Shown here: positions 1 to 13,048 of the stretch, in pieces
Position numbering within the stretch: the first letter of the stretch is position 1
Layout: every line of letters starts with the position of its first letter
Assembly: GCF_963921235.1 (NCBI RefSeq)
Contig: NC_086107.1
Coordinates: 93,064,001 to 93,128,000 of the forward strand
Length of the DNA: 64,000 nt
Reading direction: 5' to 3'
Origin: Mobula hypostoma
Taxonomy: Eukaryota
The notes under the pieces: generated by a model
What the model was told of the DNA's origin: nothing
What the model saw: the letters and a program-made list of their open reading frames with translations, nothing else
Databases searched by the model: none
Position numbers and translations under genes: made by a program

Positions 1-137
1 ACCTAAAAGCAAGAGAATTTGGAATTCATAGAGAAGAATTAAGCCAGATAAACTCAGTCGATGGAAGAACTACAATGGCTGTGGAAAATAGGAAGGAAAG
101 CATGGAAAATCAGCCTAACTGGTCTCATAATTCGCTC

Positions 138-575
138 CCATAGTAGTGCGATCACTCGAGTCTAGTATGATAGTCTCCAAAAGGGGTTGTGTATTGGTGG
201 CTGTAGAGGCTGAACTGAGATCCAAGTAACCAGGATATTAGGGTGAGTTCTCTTAATGGAGAAGGCCTATGCATGACTCTGTTTAACGTGGGGAGGCTGA
301 AGCACGGGCAGCCACCACATGGTCCTTGACAGATCAGGGTCAGGGTTTAGAGGCATGGAGTGCAAGGTGACTGGGGAACCTTCACCACTGCAGCCTTCCT
401 CCGCCTTCACTGCCATAGTGATGTGTCATCATCTTCCACGATTTCCACTGCTGAGGTCTTGGTTGGATCGCTCTTTGTCTGGACCGACCCCCTTGACCTT
501 GCAGGGCCAGGAGCTAGGCACCAGATGGCTAAACTCCAGACAGCATTGCTCACAGGGTAAGCTGACAATCCTCAT
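138..575 (-). mobile_element. Non-autonomous bipartite RTE-clade derivative (5' UTR joined to 3' end), degenerate
   Basis: Co-linear with 58732-59300. Its left part is the reverse complement of the RTE 3' end at 45640-45726, and its right part resembles Expander/Rex3-type 5' UTR sequence. Confidence 0.6.
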
Positions 576-620
576 TTAAAGGATTTATTTAAAGTATTTA
601 AAGGATTCATTTCACATATA

Positions 621-1136
621 CAGTGAGTGGTCACTTTATTAGGTACACCTGTACACCTATTCATTAATGCAAATATCTAATCAGCCAATCATATGGCAGC
701 AACTCAATGCATAAAAGCATGCAGACATGGTCAAGAAGTTCAGTTGTTGTTCAGACCCAACATCAGAATGAGGAAGAAATGTGATCTGAATGGCTTTGAC
801 CTTGGAATGGTTGTTGGTGCCAGATGGGGTGGTTTGAGTATATTTGAAACTGCTGATCTCCTAGAATTTTCATGCACAACAGTCTCTGGAGTTTTCAAAG
901 AATGGTGCAAAAAACAAAGAAATGACAGTTCTGTGGATGAAAACACCTTGGTAATGAGAGGTCAGCCAGAATGGTTCAAGCTAACAGTAACTCAGATTAC
1001 CAGACATTGCAACAGTGGCATGCAGAACAGCATATCTGTATGCGCAACACATTGAACCTTGAAGTGGTTGAGCTGCAGTAGCAGAAGACCACAAACATAT
1101 ACTCAGTGGTCACTTTATTAAGCATAGAAGGTACCT
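621..1136 (+). mobile_element. Tc1-derived non-autonomous DNA transposon, copy 1 (right end truncated)
   Basis: TA then TIR cagtgagtggtcactttattaggtacacc. Degenerate transposase N-terminal HTH (MRKKCDLNGFDLGMVVGARWGGLSIFETADLLEFS). Homologous to 38263, 44423 and 46695. Confidence 0.85.
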
Positions 1137-1702
1137 CTTTTGTATTTAATTGATGCCTCTTTAGAGAGGGCAGGGTTGACAGGTATATCCTCACCAGGAA
1201 TGTACTGCAATGATAAAAAACTACAAGTCTATTTCTTATGTGGCATGTTTGTCCCCAGCAATGATGTTGCTTCTACTTGTAGCTTCATGGAAATATTCTT
1301 CAATGTTAGACAGTGAGCATTGGGAACAGTACTGTAACATTAACACAAAGCCAGTCTCATGATAAATCTTGCATCGACAAACCTTATATTTATTTTTATT
1401 CTCTCTCACTCCTGGTTCATTAAAGAAGAACTATCCTAGTAAACAGAATTTCCGTCTAGCCTTGGATGTATTCATTAATTCTCTTTGCTACAGATGTTGT
1501 ATTATGTTATAGCTCAGAGAGAGCCCATTCAATCCAATGTATCTGTTCCAGCTTACTCAAAGAGCACTCTAGTTAGACTTGCATTGTGTTTTCATTCCAG
1601 CACACACAATTCTCCTTTGAAAACCATCATTTTATCTATTTCCAGCATCAAGGGCCAGGGCTTTCTAAGCTCTAACAACTGGCTGGTGAAATAGTGAACA
1701 GC

Positions 1703-2350
1703 TAGAGACTTTTCCCAGGGTGCAAATGGCTGATACCACGGGACATAATTTTAAGGTGACTGGAGGAAAGTATAGGGGAATGTTTGAGGGCAGTTTTTTT
1801 ACACAGAGTCAGGGGTGCTTTGAACTCCCTGCCATTAGTGGTGGTACAGGGAGATACATCTAAGAAGCTGTTATGCAGACATATGGATAAAAGAAAAATG
1901 GAGGGCTATCTGGGACGGAAGGGTTAAAGCATAGAACATACAGTAGAATACTACAGCACAGTACAGGTCCTTTGGCCCACAATATTGTGCCGATCTTTTA
2001 GCCTAATCTATGATGAATCTAATACTTTCCACCTACACAACCCTCCATTTTTCTCTCATGACCTTAGAGTAGGGCCTGCACTGTGCTGTAGTTTTCTATG
2101 TTCTATCACCCAAATCATTACGTTCTCATCCAAATCAATGTAATAACGATGTACAAAATCATGAGGGGCATAAATGGGGGGGGGGGGTGCACTCAGTCTT
2201 TTTTCTACGGTTGGGGATTCAAAAACTAAAGAACAAAGTTTCAAGTGAAAAGGGAGAGATTTAACTGGAACCTGCCAGGCAACTTTTTCCACCCCCGAGG
2301 GTGGTCAGTGTATAGAGAGAGCTGCCAGAGGAAGTGGCTGAGGCAGGTAT
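1703..2350. mobile_element. Cluster of short CR1 3'-end fragments in both orientations
   Basis: CR1 ORF2 C-terminal motif (RGHNFKV..GGKYRG..FFTQ) and CR1 3' tails (ctatgttctat; catagaacata on the other strand). Confidence 0.75.
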
Positions 2351-2427
2351 TCAGAATCAGGGCTATCATCATTGCCTTATTTCAAAGTGAGGTTTGTTAC
2401 CTTGTGATAAAAGTACAGTCCAAACAC

Positions 2428-2922
2428 AAAACTTCTATAGATTTACTGTGGAGAGCATTCTGACACTGTCTGGTATTGGGGGTGGGGGGTGCTATTGCAC
2501 AGGCTGGAAAGAAGCTGCAGAGGGTTGTAAATGTAGTCGGCTCCATCTTGGGTACTAGCCTACAAAGTACCCAGGACATCTTCAAGGAGCGGAGTCTCAG
2601 AAAGGCAGCACCCAGGGCATGCCCTTTTCTCATGGTTACCATCAGGTAGGAGGTACAGAAGCCTGAAGCACTCAGCAATTCAGGAACAGCTTCTTCCCCT
2701 CTGCCATTCGATTCCTAAATGGACATTGAACCCCTGAACACGACCTCACTTCTTTAATATATATTATTCCTGTTTTTTGCACAATTTTAATCTATTCAAT
2801 ATATGTATACTGTAATTTATTTATTTATTTATTCTTCTATATTGTGTATTGCATTGATTGAACTGCTGCTGCTAAGTTAACGAATTTCATGACACATGCT
2901 GGTGATAGTAAACCTGATTCAG
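2428..2922 (+). mobile_element. Rex1/Babar-type LINE 3' fragment
   Basis: Degenerate FYRxTVESILT...LQRVV...PSGRRYRS...NSFFPSAIRFLN, followed by an AT-rich 3' UTR ending aaacctgattc. Confidence 0.75.
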
Positions 2923-3129
2923 ACAAAATGACTACGAATTGCAAAACAATTAAATAGAATGTAAAAAGGAATGCCAAGGTAGTGTTCATAAAATTCATGA
3001 CTGCTAAAAGAAATTGGACAGGCTTATGGATTAGAAAGGTTTAGAAGGTTATGGGCCAAATGAGACAGACATGAATGAGACATGTTGGTCAGCATAGACT
3101 GAAGCTGAAGGATCTGTTTATATGCTGTA

Positions 3130-3932
3130 TAAATGGTTAGTAGGTTAATTGGTCATTGTAAGTTGTCCTGTGATTAGGCCAGGGTTAAATAGATGGGTTG
3201 CTAGGCAACACAGCTCATTGGGGCAGAAGGGCCTGTTCCACGCTGTATCACTCATTAAAAATAAAAATAAATGAAATAACTCTGCAACTCTCTATTACCC
3301 TATCAACCCTGGTTCTGTAGGAATTCTGAGTACCCATATTAAAACTCTGACGAACATTTTCTCACCTCAGAGAACAATCACAGCATCTCCAGCTCCTCCC
3401 ACATGAGCAAACCCAGCTGGTCACGGAGACACAACGACTGCCTCACAGTTCCAGTTACCTGAGTTCAATCCACACCTCGGGTGCTGTCTACACACATTCT
3501 CCCTGGGACCATGTGTGTTTCTACCAGGTGCCCCCGTCTTCTCCTGCGTTAGAGGGGTAAATTGACTACTGTAATTTTGCCAGTCTCTACACACGGACAA
3601 TGCCGGAGGAGCTCAGAAAGTCAGGCAGTATCTATGGAGGTCAATAAGCAGTCAATGTTTGGGGCCCAGATCCTTCATTAAGAGTCCAAAGTAAGGTGTG
3701 GGGGGTTGTGGAGGGGGCAAAAAGCCGAAATTGTCAACTGTTCATAAGGAGTAAGGAGTCTGTATGTTCCCTCTGTGACCGCATGGGTTTCCTTTCGGTG
3801 CTCCGGTTTCCTTCCACATTCCAAAGATGAGCGGGTTAGTCGGTTAAATTATCACATGGGTGTAATCAGGGGGCTCAGTCTCCTTGGGCCAGAGGGCCTG
3901 TTACTGTGCTAAATCTCTACTACTAATAATAA
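3130..3932 (+). mobile_element. Cluster of tRNA-derived SINE fragments (V-SINE/HE1-like)
   Basis: Body motif gtgaccgcatgggtttcc...gctccggtttccttccacattccaaaga and tail gggcctgtt...ctgtatc...aaataaa. The same family recurs at 15365, 25890, 37700 and 58300. Confidence 0.65.
3590..3687 (-). mobile_element. Penelope-derived hammerhead-type mini-element, degenerate (a further copy lies at ~3934-4050)
   Basis: Matches the family motif tgctggaggaactcagcaggtcaggcagcatctatgga...tttcgggcc...ccttcatcagg. Confidence 0.6.
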
Positions 3933-4074
3933 AGAATGCTGGAAGAACTCAGCAAGTTGAGTGGAGAGATCGCTTCTGGCGCAGACCCTTGATTAGGACA
4001 TGAAAGGAAGGGTGGCTGAAGCCAAAATTGCCGATTGCTTTTTCTCCCTTGAAAGTTTGCACCACATCCTATTC

Positions 4075-4310
4075 ACCCATCATCCACCATCAAAGACCCC
4101 CACCATCCAGGCCAGGTTCACTTCTCACTAATACCATCGGGCAGGAGGTACAGGAGCCACACCAATAGGTTCAGCAACAGTTATTACACTACAACCATCA
4201 GATTCCTGAACCAGCGTGGATAATTTCACTCACCTCAACACTGATACAATTCCACAACCTACAGACTCTCCCTCAAGGACCCTACAACCTACAGACCGCT
4301 CTCAAGCACT
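4075..4310 (+). mobile_element. Rex1-type LINE 3' fragment that hosts later CR1 insertions (continues ~7937-8050 and ~10560-10640)
   Basis: IKDPHHPG..FSLIPSGRRYRS..RFSNSYYTTTIRFLN. The 3' UTR resumes after each CR1, as in the intact relatives at 29452-29760 and 62300-62590. Confidence 0.65.
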
Positions 4311-4312
4311 CT

Positions 4313-4542
4313 CCAGGTGCCAGGGTCTGGGATGTCCAGGAGCCAGGGTCCGGGATGTCCAGGTGCCAGGGTCCGGGATGTCCAGGTCCCAGGGTCTGGG
4401 ATGTCCAGGAGCCAGGGTCCGGGACGTCCAGGTGCCAGGGTCCGGGACGTCCAGGTGCCAGGGTCCGGGACGTCCAGGAGCCAGGGTCCGGGACGTCCAG
4501 GTGCCAGGGTCCGGGATGGCCAGGTGCCAGGGTCCGGGATGT
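4313..4542 (+). repeat. 23-bp minisatellite, 10 copies of ccaggtgccagggtccgggatgt
   Basis: Directly visible. The unit is CR1 ORF1 esterase-coding sequence (PGARVRDV). Confidence 0.95.
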
Positions 4543-7500
4543 TTCTGATCACATCCATGACATCCTGAAATGGGAAGGTGAACAGCCAGAGGTCGTGGTA
4601 CATATTGGTCCAATGACATAGGTAGGAAAAGGGAGGAGGTCCTGAAAGCAGACTACAGGGAGTTAGGAAGGAAGTTGAGAAGCAGGACCACAAAGGTAGT
4701 AATCTTGGAATTACTGCCTGTTGCACGCAACAGTGTGTATAGGAATAGAGTGAGGTGGAGGATAAATGCGTGGCTGAGGGATTGGAACAGGGGGCAGGGA
4801 TTCAGATTTCTGCATCACTGGGACCTCTTTTGGGGCAGGAGTGACCTGTACACAAAGAACGGGTTGCACGAATCCATGGGGGACAATATCCTGGCAAGGA
4901 GGATTGCTAAAGCTATTGGGGAGAGTTTAAACAAGTTTGCTGGGGGTGTGGGAACTGAACTGAAGAGATGGAGGAAGTGGTGGTTGGCTCACAAATCGAG
5001 AAAGCTTGTAGACAGTGTGAGAGGGAGGATAGGCAGGTGATAGAGAAGGGATATGCTCAGTCTGATGGTTTGAGATGTGTCTATTTTAATGCAAGAAGTA
5101 TCATGAACAAAGCAGATGAGTTTAGAGAGTGGATCAGTACTTGGATCTATAATGTTGTGGCCATTACAGAGACTTGGATGGCTCAGGAATGGCTACATAG
5201 AGTGCCAGGCTTTAGATGATTTGGAAAGGACAGGGAGGGAGGCAAAAGAGATGGGGGCATGGCAGTGCTGATCAGAGATAGTGTCACTGCTGAAGAAAAC
5301 AAGGAAGTCATGGAGGGATTGTCTACTGAGTCTCTGTGGCTGGAAGTTAGGAATAGGAAGGGGTCAATAAATCTACTGAGTGTTTTTTATAGACCACCCA
5401 ATAATAACAGGGACATTGAGGAGCAGATAGGGAGACAGATTCTGGAAAGGTATAATAACAACAGTTTTGTCGTGGTGGGAGATTTTAATTTCCTCAATTT
5501 TGATTGGCATCTCCCTGGAGCAAGGGGTTTAGATGGGGTGGAATTAATTATGTGTGTTCAGGAAGGTTTCCTGGTACAATATGTACATAAGCCCACAAGA
5601 GGAGAGGCTGTACTTGATCTGATTTGGGGAAATTAACCTGGTCAGGTGTCAGACCTCTCATTGGGAGAGCATTTTGGAGATAGTGATCATAATTCTATCT
5701 CCTTTACCATAGCATTGGAGAGGGATAGGAACAGACAAGTTAGGAAAGTGTTTAATTGGAGTAAGGGGAAATATGAAGCTATCAGGCAGGAACTTGGAAG
5801 CATAAATTGGGAACAGATGTTCTCAGGGAAATGTATGGAAGAAATGTGGCAAATATTCAGGGGATATTTGCGTGGAGTTCTGCATAGGTACATTCCAATG
5901 AGACAGGGAAAGGATGATAGGGTACAGGAACAAAGGTATACAAAGGCTGTTGAAAATCTAGTCAAGAAGAAAAGAAAAGCTTATGAAAGGTTCAAAAAAC
6001 TAGGCAATGATAGAGATCTAGAAAATTATAAGGCTACAGGAAGGAGCTTAAGAATGAAATTAGGAGATCCAGAAGGGGCCATGAGAAGGCCTTGGCGAGC
6101 AGGATTAAGGAAAACCCCAAGGGATTCTACAAGTATGTGAAGAGCAAGAGGGTAAGATGTGAGAGAATAGGACCAATCAAGTGTGACAGTGGAAAAATGT
6201 GTATGGAACCGGAGGAGATAGCTGAGGTACTTAATGAATACTTTGCTTCAGTATTCACTAGGGAAGAGGACTTTGGCAATTGTAGGGATGACTTACAGTG
6301 GACTGAAAAACTTGAACATATAGACATTAAAAAAGAGGATATGCTGGAAATTTTGGAAAGCATCAAATTGGATAAGTCACCGGGACCGGATGAGATATAC
6401 CCCAGGCTACTGTGGGAGGCGAGGGAGGAGATTGCTGAGCCTCTGGCAATGATCTTTACATCATCAATGGGAACAGGAGAGGTTCCGGAGCATTGGAAGA
6501 TTTCAGGTGTTGTTCTGTTATTCAAGAAAGGGAGTAGAGATAGCCTAGGAAATTATAGACCAGTGAGTCTTACTTCAGTGGTTGGTAAGTTGATGGAGAA
6601 GATCCTAAGAGGCAGGATTTATGAACATTTGGAGAGGCATAATATGATTAGGAATAGTCAGCATGCCCCTGTCAAAGGCAGGTCGTGCCTTACGAGCCTG
6701 ATTAAATTTTCTGAGGATGCGACTAAACATCCTCAAATGGTAGGACACTCCCACCTCAGAAGGTAGAGCAGTAGATGTAGTGTTTATGGATTTCAGCAAG
6801 GCATTTGATAAGGTACCCCATGCAAGGCTTATTGAGAAAGTAAGGAGGCATGGGATCCAAGGGGACATTGCTTTATGGATCCAGAACTGGCTTGCCCACA
6901 GAAGGCAAAGAGTAGTTGTAGATGACTCATATTCCTCATGGAGGTCGGTCACCAGTGGTTGTGCCTCAGGGATCTGTTCTGGGACCCCTTCTCTTTGTGA
7001 TTTTTATAAATCACCTGGATGAGGAAATGGGATGGGTTAGTAAATTTGCTGATGACACAAAGGTTGGGGGTGTTGTGGATGGTGCGGAGGGCTATCAGAG
7101 GTTACAGCAGGACATTGATAGGAGGCATAACTGGGCTGAGAAGTGACAGATGGAGTTCAACCCAGATAAATGAGAGGTGGTTCATTTTGGTAGGTCAAAT
7201 ATGATGACAGAATATAGTATTGATTGTAAGACTCTTGGCAGTGTGGAGGATCAGAGGGATCTTGGGGCCTGTGTCCATAGGACACTCTAAGCTGCAGCAT
7301 TGGTTGACTCTGTGCTTAAGAAGGCATACAGTGTATTGGCCTTCATCCACCGTGGGACTGAGTTCAAGAGCTGAGAGGTAATGTTACAGCTCTATAGGAC
7401 CCTGGTCAGTCCCCACTTGGAGTACTGTGCTTATTTCTGGTCACCTCGCTATAAGAAGGATGTGGAAACTATAGAAAGGGTGCGCAGGAGACTTACAAGG

Positions 7501-7936
7501 ATGTTGCCTAGATTGGGGATCATGCCTGATGAGAATAGGTTGAGTGAACTTGGCCTTTTCTCCTTGGAGCGACGGAGGATGAGAGGTGACCTGATAGAGG
7601 TGTATAAGGTGTGTAGTGTGCATAGTCAAAGGCTTTTTTCAAGGGCTTAAATGGCTAGCATGAGAGGGCACAGTTTTAAGGTGCTTGGAAGTAGGTACAG
7701 AGGGGATGTCAGGGGTAGGTTTTTTATGCAGAGAGTGGTGATTGCGTGGAATGGGCTGCCTGCGACTGTGATGGAGGTGGATACAATAGGGTGTTTTAAG
7801 AGGCTCCTGGATAGGTGAATGGAGCTTAGAAAAATAGAGGGCTATGGTAACCCAAGGTAATTTCTAAAGTAATACATGTTTGGCACAGCATTGTGGACTG
7901 AAGGCCCTGCATTGTGTTGTAGGTTTGCTATGTTTT
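4313..7936 (+). mobile_element. CR1 LINE, 5'-truncated inside ORF1; degenerate ORF1 esterase plus ORF2 (APE endonuclease and RT)
   Basis: ORF1 [88 protein letters not shown]1 3' UTR. Many stops and frameshifts. Confidence 0.95.
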
Positions 7937-8050
7937 CCAGAACTGATGTACTCAGTATTATTTATTAATTTACTTTTTTTTTGTATTTGCAGAGTTTCTC
8001 TTGTTTTTCATATTGGTTGTTTGTCAGTCTTTGTTTGTGTGTAGCTTTTC

Positions 8051-10560
8051 ATAAGAACATAAGAAATAGGAGCAGGAGTCGGCCATCCGGCCCATCGAGC
8101 CTACTCCGCCATTCAATAAGATCATGGCTGATCTGACCATGGACTCATATCCACCTACTTGCCTTTTCTCCATAACCCTAAATTCCCTAAGTATGCAAAA
8201 ATCTATCCAACCTTGTCTTAATTATATTTACTGAGGTAGACTCCACTGCTTCCTTGGGCACAGTATCCCACAGGTTCACCACTCTCTGGGAAAAGCAGTT
8301 CCTCCTCATCTTGTCCTAAATCTACTCCCCCAAATCTTGAGGCTATGTCCCCTAGTCCTAGTCTCACCCACCAGTCGAAACAACTTTCCTGCCTCTATCT
8401 TATCTAACCCTTTCATAATTTTATATGTTTCTGTAAGATTTTCTCTCATTCTTCTGGAATTCTAGCAAGTACAGTCCCAGGCAACACAATCTCTCCTCAT
8501 AGTCTAACCCCCTGATCTCTGGAATCAACCTGGTGAACCTCCTCTGCACCGCCTCCAAAGCCAGAATATCCTTCCTCAAGTTAGGAGACTAGAACTGCAC
8601 ACAATACTCCAGGTGCAGCCTCACCAGTACCCTGTACAGTTTCAGCATAACCTCCCTGCCCTTAAATTCAATCCCTCTAGCAATGAAGGCCAACATTCCA
8701 TTTGCCTTCTTGATAGCCTGCTGCACCTGCAAATTAACCTTTTGTGATTCATGCACAGGCACTCCCAAGTCCCTCTGCACAACAGCATGCTGCAATTTTT
8801 TACAATTGAAATAATAATCTGCTTTTCCATTTTATTCTTCCAAAGTGGATGGCCTCGCATTTACCAATATTGTACTCCATCTGTCAGACCCTTGCCCACT
8901 CACTTAACCTATCTATATCTCTCTGCAGACTCTCCATGTCTTCTGCGCAATTTGCTTTTCCACTCAATTTAGTTGATCCCTGCGGCACACCATTCACCAC
9001 TGATTGACAAGCAGAGTAACACCCATGTATCCCAACTGTCTGCTTTCTATTTTATTTGTTAACCAATCCTCTATCTATGCTAATACATTACCCCCAGCTC
9101 TGTGCACCCTTAGCTATGGATAAGTCTTTTATGCAGCACCTTATTGAAAGCCTTCTGGAAATCCAAGTAAATAACATCCATCTGTTCCCTCTATCCACTG
9201 TGCTCATTATAGCCTTAAAGAACTCCAGTACGTTTGTCAAACAGGATCTGCCTTTATTGAATCTACGCTGCATCTTCAAGCATTTTCCCAACTACAGATG
9301 TTAAACTAATTGGCCTATAGTTACCTGCCTTTTGCCTACATCCTTTTTTTAAACAGTGGGCATGACATTTGCCATCTTCCAATCCACCGGGATCTGCCCA
9401 GAGTGCAGAGAATTGTGGTAAATTATCACCAAAGCCTCTACTATAACTTCTACCAATTCCTTCGGTACCCTGGGACCTTATCTGTCTTCAAGGCCCACAA
9501 GTTTGCTCAGCACTAGCTCTGTAGTGATAGCTATTGTATTGAGGTCCTCACCTCCCATCGCATCCATAACATCTCTCTTTGGCATGTTAGGTGCGTTCTC
9601 CACCATGAAGGCCGACTCAAAATAGCCTGTCAAAACTTTGGCCGTTTCCTCATTACCCAATACGAACTTCCCCTTCCTGTCCTCCAAGGGACCCACATTC
9701 ACTTTAGCCATCCCTTTCCGCTTTATATAGTTACAAAAACTTTTACTATTCTTTTTTATATTTTGTGCTAGTTATGTTCATAATCTAGCTTCCCTTTTTT
9801 ATTGCTCACTTATTGATTGTTTGCTGCTTTTTAAAGTTTTCCCAATCTTCCAGTTTCCCACTACTCTTGGCAACTTGGTATGCATGATCTTTTAATGTGA
9901 TGTCTTCTTTTATTTCCTTAGTTATCCAAGGCTGGCTCTCCCCACCCTTACTGCCCTTACTTTTAGCTGGAATATACTTTTGTTGAGCACCGTGGAAAAT
10001 CTCTTTGAAAGTCTTCCACTGTTTCTCAACTTTGCCACGTATAGCCTGTGTTTCAAGTCTACACTAAATCCTCCCTCATCCCATTGTAGTCTTCATTGTT
10101 TAGGCATAATATGCCGGTTTTAGATTAAACTATTGCACCCTCCATTTGTATAAGAAACTCAGTCATGCTGTGATCACTCTTTCCAAGAGGATTCCTAACT
10201 ATAAGTTCGGTAATTTTACCTGTCTCATTGCACAAGACCAGATCTAAGATAACATGTTCCCTTGTAAGTTCAGTAACACGCTGTTCAAGAAAGCCATCGC
10301 GGATGCATTCTATGAAGTCCGCCTCAAGACTACCTTGACCAACTTGATTCACACAATCTATGTGCAAGTTAAAGTCCCCCATGAAAACTGTTCTGTTCTT
10401 CCATGTCTCAGAAATTTCTCTGTTCATTTCCTGTGCCACTGTAATGTTATTACAGTGATTTTTTTTCCCTTTACTATTCCTAATCTCCACCCAGATGGAT
10501 TCAACATTCTGCTCCTTAGATCTTACATCCTCTCTCACTATTGCCCTGATCTCATCTTTA
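8051..10560 (-). mobile_element. CR1 LINE (second family), degenerate ORF2 with internal deletions
   Basis: 3' tail cataagaacataagaa. Minus-strand ORFs FMGDFNLHID, GKSDHS, KGRSCLTNVLEFF, RDLGV..HLEYCVQF. Confidence 0.92.
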
Positions 10561-10640
10561 AAGATTTTACTGTAATTTCTTTGTTTTACTGTGAATGCCT
10601 GCAAGAAAATGAATCTCTGTGTAGTATATGGTGACATATA

Positions 10641-10713
10641 CAGTACTGTGCAAAAGTCTTAGGCACACTTATAGACATATAGCTTGGGTGCCTGAGACAT
10701 TTGCTCAGAACTG
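10641..10713. mobile_element. 73-bp Tc1/mariner-type MITE
   Basis: TA on both sides. 26-bp TIRs cagtactgtgcaaaagtcttaggcac and gtgcctgagacatttgctcagaactg (4 mismatches). Confidence 0.85.
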
Positions 10714-11154
10714 TAGTAATTTTATATATTGCACTGGACTGCTGCCACAAAAACTGCGAGAAAATGAATCTCAGGGTTATATATGGTAACATATACAGTA
10801 CGTACTTGGGCAATAAATTTCCTTTGACTTTGAGATCTGAAGGGCAATTTCTTCATATGTGTTTATGGTATGAGATGACAGAGAAAGTGGTTGAGGCATG
10901 TACAATACCAACATTTACAAACTGGACGTTTGCATGGATTAGAAATGTTTAGAGGGATATGAGCTATACTTGGGCAAATGGGACTTGTTCGGGTGGGCAC
11001 CATGGATGAGATGGGCCAAAAGGCCTGCTTCCTTGTTGTATTACTCCATGAGTCCAGGACTCTATTTTTAAAGTGATAGTTTAAAATATCGAAGATGGAG
11101 GAAGAAGAGAAAAATAAAAAAAAACAATTTGAAGCAGGAACATGTTCCAACATT

Positions 11155-11395
11155 AACACACACACAATGCTGGTGGAACTCAGCAGGTCAGGCAGCATCT
11201 ATGGAGAGAAATGAGCAGTCATTGTTTCGGGCCAAAAGCACTTCATCAGGATCCTGCAGAGAATAAGATGTAGTTTATTAGGATGAAGGGTCGCAGCCCG
11301 AAATGTCGACTGTTTATTTCCCTTCATCGATACTGAGTTCCTCCAGCATTTTGTTTGAGTTACTCTGGATTTCCAGTACCTGAACCATTTCTGTG
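11155..11395. mobile_element. Penelope-derived hammerhead mini-element, inverted pair
   Basis: Left arm ...tttcgggccaaaagcacttcatcagg; right arm gatgaagggtcgcagcccgaaatgtcgactg...gagttcctccagcattttg. Confidence 0.75.
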
Positions 11396-11454
11396 TTTAC
11401 TCGTTCCATCAAAGTAGAACAGAGGACGTTAGGGTGAGGAGGAGCATTACTGTG

Positions 11455-13048
11455 ACATCAGAGATAGGAAGTGCATGTGGTACGGCACGCAGATCATAAC
11501 AGACTACAAGTCCACCTTGTATGTCAACAAGAGAGATGCTGCTCTTCCTGATAGGCTAAGTGTCCTTTATGCACAGTTTGATGTACGGAGGAAGCCACCC
11601 CCATCCCCCGAGGAGCAATCACTCTCTCTGGCCACAGCTGATGTGAGGAAGACCCAAACCAGAGTCAATCCACATAGAGCTGCTGGACCTGATAACATAA
11701 TAACATACCTGGTTGGGTGCTGTGTGACTGTGCAGCCCAACTAACAGAGGTTCTAACAGACATCTTCAATATCTCTCTGGAATGGTCCATTATCCCCACA
11801 GACCTCAAGGTGGTCACCATCACCCCAGTGCCCAAGTGGACGACCATAACCTGCCTCCACAACTACCGCCCGGTGGCACTAACTTCAATAATAATGATTT
11901 GAGCGGCTGGTTAAGATTCGCATTGAGTTGCATCTTCCTGCTACATTGGGCCCTTTCCAGTTTGCTTATTGCTCAAATCAGTCCACTGATGATACCATAG
12001 CCTCTGTACAACACTCCATCCTGTCCCACCTGGAAAATGATGCCTCATACGCTAGGATGCTGTTTATTGACTTCAGCTCAGCGGTTAATATGATCATCTC
12101 TCAGAAGCTTGTGCGTAAACACTTCTCTCTGCAACTGGATATTGGACTATTGGCGGAAAGGCCACAGCCAGTCTGCGCTGGCGGAAACATCGCTAGCGCC
12201 ATCATGTTGAGCACCTATACACCCTAGGGCTGCGTGCCCAGTCCACTGCTGTTCGCACTCCTGACGCATAACTGCACTGATAGAGACAGTTCAAACTGAA
12301 TCAGGTTCAACGATGCACAGTGGTTGGCCTCATCACAGCAACTTGAGTCACAACGCGGACAAAGCCAGGAAGATGATTGTGGACATCGGAAAGGTGCAGG
12401 CTGACCACTCATCATTGTACATAAATGGTTCCTCCACAGAGAGTGCTAGGAGCACCAAGGAGCACATCGCAGACAATTTCACCTGGTTCCTCAGCATCAA
12501 CACTTTTAGTCAAGAAAGCACATCTGCATCTCCACTTCCTGAGCGGACTGAGGCGAGCAAGGATTCCCTTCCCCCATCTTAACCAATTTTTACAGAAGAA
12601 CCACTGAGCGTGTCCGTCTGGTTCGCATTTGACCGCTAGTCTCTTCAAAGGATTGCGGGGGAATCATTGAGATCTCTGTTCCACCCATTCGAAATATTTG
12701 TCAGGAGCAATGTATATGCGGGGCCCTTAACATTGTCAATGATCCCTCCCATCTGTCTAACACTCTATTTGACCCCCTAACATTAGGCGGCAAGTACCAT
12801 AGCATTAGGACAAGAACTGTTAGGGTGGAAAACAGCTTCTTCTCCCAGGATGTAAGACTACTGAACTCCCTGCCACCACCCAGCTCTCAGTAGCATAATA
12901 CTATTTACTTAAGTTGTGTTGCAAATGCACCTTATAATTTGTTAATTTATTAATTTGTGCTAATATTACTTTATGTGTTGTGTGTGTGAGTTATATGCAC
13001 TGTATTGAACACCTTAGTTGAATGATAATAGACTGAACTTGAACTTGA
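11455..13048 (+). mobile_element. Rex1/Babar LINE, 5'-truncated, degenerate RT
   Basis: [41 protein letters not shown]; tail gaacttgaacttgaa. Confidence 0.9.

Noticed and set aside
4313..4542. Regular 23-bp repeats as a CRISPR array, or PGARVRDV ORFs as a repeat protein
   Set aside because: There are no spacers, the context is eukaryotic, and the unit is CR1 ORF1 sequence. The ORFs exist only because the unit has no stops.
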